The notes below the pieces were generated by a model. That model worked only from the letters and a program-made list of their open reading frames with translations, ran no database searches and had not been told where the DNA came from. Below are positions 26,041-32,000 of a stretch of 32,000 nt of DNA, piece by piece (positions within the stretch are counted from its first letter, which is position 1; every line of letters begins with the position of its first letter). A program made the position numbers and the translations under genes. Source of the DNA: Cupriavidus necator (GTDB lineage Bacteria; Pseudomonadota; Gammaproteobacteria; Burkholderiales; Burkholderiaceae); the NCBI RefSeq assembly GCF_016127575.1, contig NZ_CP066019.1, positions 2,850,001 to 2,882,000 of the forward strand, read 5' to 3'.

Positions 26041-27128
26041 ATGACATGTTGGAGAATCGCCGAACAGATGGCCTGCTGGCTCGTCATGTCGAGGTAAGGA
26101 TGCATCGGCAGGCTCAACACCTGCCGCGCCAATGCGTCGCCGATCGGCAGGCGGGCATGGGGAGTGGCCACCGCGGGCTGTCGGTTCAGCGGCAGCGGAT
26201 AGTGCACGACGGTGGGGATCCCGGCGGCCCTCAGCCGGTCCTGCAAGGTTTCGCGATCGGGCACCCGGATCGTGTACTGCGCATACACGCTGATGTTGTG
26301 TGGTTCGATATGCGGCGTGGCCTCGATTCCCCCGCGGCGGAACAGCTCTCCGTACCGCGCCGCCACTTGCTGGCGCATCGCCACCTCCTCATCGAAGATT
26401 GACAGCTTCGCCAGCAGGATGGCCGCCTGCAATGTATCCAGGCGGCTGTTCACGCCAACGCGGACATGGTGGTAGCGCCGCTCCTGGCCGTGATGGGCGA
26501 TCTGGCGTATCCGCTTGCCCAGCTCGTGGTCGTTGGTAAAGATCGCCCCGCCGTCGCCATAGCAGCCCAGCGGCTTGCTGGGAAAGAAGCTGGTACAGGC
26601 GATCGTGGACAGATTGCAGCTGCTGCGGCCTTTGTAGGAGGCGCCGAAGCTCTGCGCGGCATCCTCGATGACCGGTACGCCGTGGCGCGCGGCAATGGCA
26701 TTGATGGGGTCGAAATCGGCGCATTGGCCATACAGGCTGACCGGGACGATGGCCCTGGTGCGTGGCGTAATAGCGGCTTCAAGTGCCGCCGGGTCCAGGT
26801 TACAGGTGCGCGGATCCACGTCTACATAGATCGGCTTTGCTCCCAGCAGCGCGACGGTTTCAGCGGTGGCAATATAGGTAAAGCCCGGCATGATGACCTC
26901 ATCGCCGGCGCCGATCCCTAGCGCCATCTGGGCGATCTGCAGCGCATCCGTACCGTTGGCGCAACTGATGCAATACCTGGCGCCGGTATAGTCCGCCAGC
27001 CGCTGCTCCAGTTCCTCGACCTCCGGGCCCAGGATGTATTGACCGTGCGCCAGCACCTGCTGGATGCCGGCGTCAATCCTGTACTTGATGCGGGCTTGCT
27101 GGGTTTTGAGGTCGATGAACTCGATCAT
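26013..27128 (-). CDS. wbpE: DegT/DnrJ/EryC1-family PLP aminotransferase, WbpE-like (UDP-2-acetamido-2-deoxy-3-oxo-glucuronate aminotransferase)
   Basis: 371 aa from ATG 27128 (GAGGAG RBS). GDEVIMPGFTYIATAE, and SFFPSKPLGCYGDGGAIFTND with the PLP lysine. Operon context with wbpA/B/D-like genes. Confidence 0.85.
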   Translation of the reverse strand: MIEFIDLKTQQARIKYRIDAGIQQVLAHGQYILGPEVEELEQRLADYTGARYCISCANGTDALQIAQMALGIGAGDEVIMPGFTYIATAETVALLGAKPIYVDVDPRTCNLDPAALEAAITPRTRAIVPVSLYGQCADFDPINAIAARHGVPVIEDAAQSFGASYKGRSSCNLSTIACTSFFPSKPLGCYGDGGAIFTNDHELGKRIRQIAHHGQERRYHHVRVGVNSRLDTLQAAILLAKLSIFDEEVAMRQQVAARYGELFRRGGIEATPHIEPHNISVYAQYTIRVPDRETLQDRLRAAGIPTVVHYPLPLNRQPAVATPHARLPIGDALARQVLSLPMHPYLDMTSQQAICSAILQHVMCQPERVLP

Positions 27129-27193
27129 TGCTGATCTCCTCTGCAGACGGCATTCGGGCAAGCCTGGCCACTGTCCCAGGCACCTCAGGCACC

Positions 27194-27775
27194 TCAGGCG
27201 GCAGCCTTGCGCAGCGTGGCGCCATCCAGGACGTAGCGTTGCCCGCTGTTCGGGCAGATGGCCTCACCCTCACCACGCACCGGCAGGTCGAGCTGCTCGC
27301 CGAATTCGCTCATCCAGCCGATCTGACGTGCCGGCACGCCGACCATCAGCGCGTAGGCGGGCACGTCCTTGTTGATGACAGCGCCGGCGCCGACGAAGGC
27401 ATATTCGCCAATCGCCACGCCGCAGACGATGGTGCAGTTGGCGCCCAGCGTCGCGCCCCGCTTCACCAGAGTGTCGCGGTACTCGCCCTTGCGCTCGATC
27501 AGCGAGCGAGGGTTATATACATTGGTGAACACCATGCTTGGACCGCAAAAGACGCCATCTTCCAGCGTGACGTTGTCGTAGACGGAGACGTTGTTCTGCA
27601 CCTTGACGTGGTCGCCGATGACGACACGGTTGCCAACGAACACGTTCTGGCCGAGCGAGCACTGCCTGCCGATGCGCGCGCCGGCGCAAACATGCGCAAA
27701 ATGCCAGACGCGCGATCCGTCTCCGATCTGTGCGCCCTCATCGATGACGGCAGATGGATGTATCTGGTAGGTCAT
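27194..27775 (-). CDS. wbpD: Hexapeptide-repeat N-acetyltransferase, WbpD-like (UDP-2-acetamido-3-amino-2,3-dideoxy-glucuronate N-acetyltransferase)
   Basis: 193 aa from ATG 27775. [36 protein letters not shown]... is a continuous left-handed beta-helix. Size and context match WbpD. Confidence 0.85.
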   Translation of the reverse strand: MTYQIHPSAVIDEGAQIGDGSRVWHFAHVCAGARIGRQCSLGQNVFVGNRVVIGDHVKVQNNVSVYDNVTLEDGVFCGPSMVFTNVYNPRSLIERKGEYRDTLVKRGATLGANCTIVCGVAIGEYAFVGAGAVINKDVPAYALMVGVPARQIGWMSEFGEQLDLPVRGEGEAICPNSGQRYVLDGATLRKAAA

Positions 27776-27782
27776 TAGAGCC

Positions 27783-30069
<2,287 letters not shown>

Positions 30070-30580
30070 GGTGGAATCTGCTTCGTTGTGGTGAATCGAA
30101 GAGGACGATAAGGTCGGACCGGCGACGAGATGACAGAGCTGGGCGGATGACCCGTGTTATCGATTGTAGGAGTCCGTATATCTCCAGACGGGTGAAGACT
30201 GTTGTGACCCACACATATGCGGGCAATTACATGAACCATTTCCTGTCGCTAATTCCGGCGTGCCCAGATGTCGCTGCCAACACTAATGGAATCGAAGTCG
30301 AAAGCGACATCGTTCTGACGGCTATCGTCCAATCGATGGAGCCGTGCCGCACCAGACTGCATGCGACGGGCCACTTCCAATCAATGTGCGAAGGCGCACC
30401 GATGCCGGCGACATGGCTTTCTAGGATGCGGCTATCGTGGGATGGGTGCTGCGGCGAATGCGTGAGCAGCTTGCATGACGCAATGCGCAGTAAACAAGAG
30501 CGCACCAGCGTCAGCGTGTATCCGTACTATCTGGTCAATGAGCAAAGGGGTAGTGCCAGCCATCGTCACAGGAAGGGAAC

Positions 30581-32000
30581 ATGAAAGTCGTTAACATGCA
30601 TGGCAGCGTTCCGGATGCCGGGGACGAGGGGCGCGACCCGCTCGATTTGACCGTCCATGTCGATGTGCTGTTGCGCTACCGCTGGACCTTTCTCGCTGTG
30701 GCAGGCATGTTCATCTGTGTCGGAATGCTCTATGCCCTCCTGGCGACGCCTCTCTATCGCACCGACATCCTGGTGCAAGTGGAAGACATCAATGGCGATG
30801 CCAGCGCTGGCAGGCTGGCAACCAACATCTCGCCGATATTCGACGCCAAGCTGGTTGCAGCGGCGGAGATTGAACTGCTGCGGTCCCGGATGGTGGTAGG
30901 AAAGGCGGTTGACGACCTGCGCCTCGATATCGAGGCCGCAGCACGCTATTTCCCCCTGATCGGCCGGGGCCTCGCAAGCTTCAGTTCCGGCCTGTCCACG
31001 CCCGGCCTGTTCGGCTGGGGCGGCTTCGCGTGGGGCAAGGAATCGATCAGCGTGGCCCGGCTCGAAGTACCGCCGCAGATGGAGGGGAGCAAGATCTACC
31101 TCACCGCGCTGGGGGGCAACCAGTTCCGTGTCACCTTTGACAGCGACGATACCAAGGTGACGGGCACCGTGGGCTTGCCCCTGAAGATTGCTACGGGACG
31201 CGGCACGGTTACCCTGCTGGTCAGCCATCTCGATGGCCGCGCCGGCTGCAAATTTGTGCTGCGCCGCCTGCCACGCGCCACCGCCATTGCCAGGCTGCAA
31301 GAACAGTTGATGATCTCTGAGCGCGGAAAGGAGAGCGGCGTGATCGGCGTATCGTTGAATGGCAATTCGCCGACGATGATCGCGGCCATCCTCAATGAGA
31401 TCGCCGGTGCGTACGTCGACCAGAACGTTCGCCGCAAAGCCGCCGAAGCGGAGAAGTCACTCGCCTTCCTGGAGCAGCAATTGCCGCAGCTTCGAGAGCA
31501 GGTCGAGGAAGCCGAAACCCGCTACAACGCGATGCGTAGCCAGCGCGGCACGATCGACCTGGGCGAGGAATCCAAGCTGGTCCTGGTTCAGTCGATGCAG
31601 ATCCAGACCAGGCTGCAGGAGCTGCACCGGCAGCGCCAGGAGCTGGCCACGCGCTTTACCAACGGCCACCCGGCACTTGAAGCCATCGATGGCCAGATCG
31701 GTCGTCTCAACGCACAGATCAATGCCATTGCCGGGCAGATCCAGAAGCTTCCCGACGTCGAGCAGCACGTGCTGCGCCTCATGCGCGATGTCAAGGTCAG
31801 CACTGAAATGCTGCAGTCCCTGCTCAATGACATCCAGCACCTCAAGCTGATCAAGGCCAGCAAGGTCGGTACCGCACGCCTGGTCGATCCCGCCGGCGTG
31901 CCGGTCAAGCCGGAGAGTCCCAACCGCCCACTGATCACCGGCCTATCCATAGTACTCGGCCTCTTTGCGGGTCTACTGGTGATCATTGCGCGCCACTCGC
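30581..32000 (+). CDS. Polysaccharide co-polymerase / tyrosine autokinase Wzc-like, paralog 3; 3' end runs off the window. Absent from the supplied ORF track.
   Basis: My own translation from ATG 30581 (AGGAAGGG RBS; in-frame TAG at 30551-30553) is open to nt 32000 (473 codons): MKVVNMHGSVPDAGDEGRDPLDLTVHVDVLLRYRWTFLAVAGMFICVGMLYALLATPLYRTDILVQVED...AAEIELLRSRMVVGKAVDDLRLDIEAAARYFPLIG...PGLFGWGGFAWGKESISVARLEVP...KLPDVEQHVLRLMRDVKVSTEMLQSLLNDIQHLKLIKASKVGTARLVDPA. By eye it is roughly 65-70% identical to the N-terminal ~470 aa of the wzc at 12536-14758. Confidence 0.9.
   Translation, partial: MKVVNMHGSVPDAGDEGRDPLDLTVHVDVLLRYRWTFLAVAGMFICVGMLYALLATPLYRTDILVQVEDINGDASAGRLATNISPIFDAKLVAAAEIELLRSRMVVGKAVDDLRLDIEAAARYFPLIGRGLASFSSGLSTPGLFGWGGFAWGKESISVARLEVPPQMEGSKIYLTALGGNQFRVTFDSDDTKVTGTVGLPLKIATGRGTVTLLVSHLDGRAGCKFVLRRLPRATAIARLQEQLMISERGKESGVIGVSLNGNSPTMIAAILNEIAGAYVDQNVRRKAAEAEKSLAFLEQQLPQLREQVEEAETRYNAMRSQRGTIDLGEESKLVLVQSMQIQTRLQELHRQRQELATRFTNGHPALEAIDGQIGRLNAQINAIAGQIQKLPDVEQHVLRLMRDVKVSTEMLQSLLNDIQHLKLIKASKVGTARLVDPAGVPVKPESPNRPLITGLSIVLGLFAGLLVIIARHS

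Overview
High-GC proteobacterial DNA, probably betaproteobacterial (Cupriavidus/Ralstonia/Burkholderia-like; this is inferred from composition and eps-like gene order, not from a search). The whole window is one large composite Wzx/Wzy-type exopolysaccharide/capsule region. I support 24 CDS and found no tRNA, rRNA, CRISPR array, transposase or integrase. Layout: (i) 1-8708: a Wzc-like co-polymerase/kinase (5' cut by the window edge), then a tightly coupled cassette of carrier protein, acyl-CoA-dehydrogenase-fold protein and a truncated SerRS-like class II aaRS homolog (amino acid:carrier-protein ligase), then a cytoplasmic GH2 beta-mannosidase-like protein, facing a convergent DUF1839-like protein. 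(ii) 8997-11748 (+): family-3 O-acyltransferase, small PglC/WbaP-type priming phosphoglycosyltransferase, PAP2-like membrane protein. (iii) 17871-11771 (-): GT4, wza, wzb, wzc, NeuD/PglD-like acetyltransferase. (iv) 18382-19734 (+): deacetylase-like protein. (v) 30069-19822 (-): wbpA-wbpB-wbpD-wbpE (UDP-2,3-diacetamido-2,3-dideoxy-glucuronate pathway), wzx, GT4, Wzy-like polymerase, secreted protein of unknown function. (vi) 30581 to the window end (+): a third Wzc-like gene that is missing from the supplied ORF track because it has no stop codon in the window. The most interesting element is the ACP / ACAD-like / tRNA-independent aaRS-like ligase cassette with its DUF1839 and GH2 neighbours. 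It looks like a carrier-protein-dependent amino-acid-derived modification system wired into polysaccharide assembly, and I know of no established physiological role for it. All family assignments come from motif recognition by eye and need HMM or structure confirmation.
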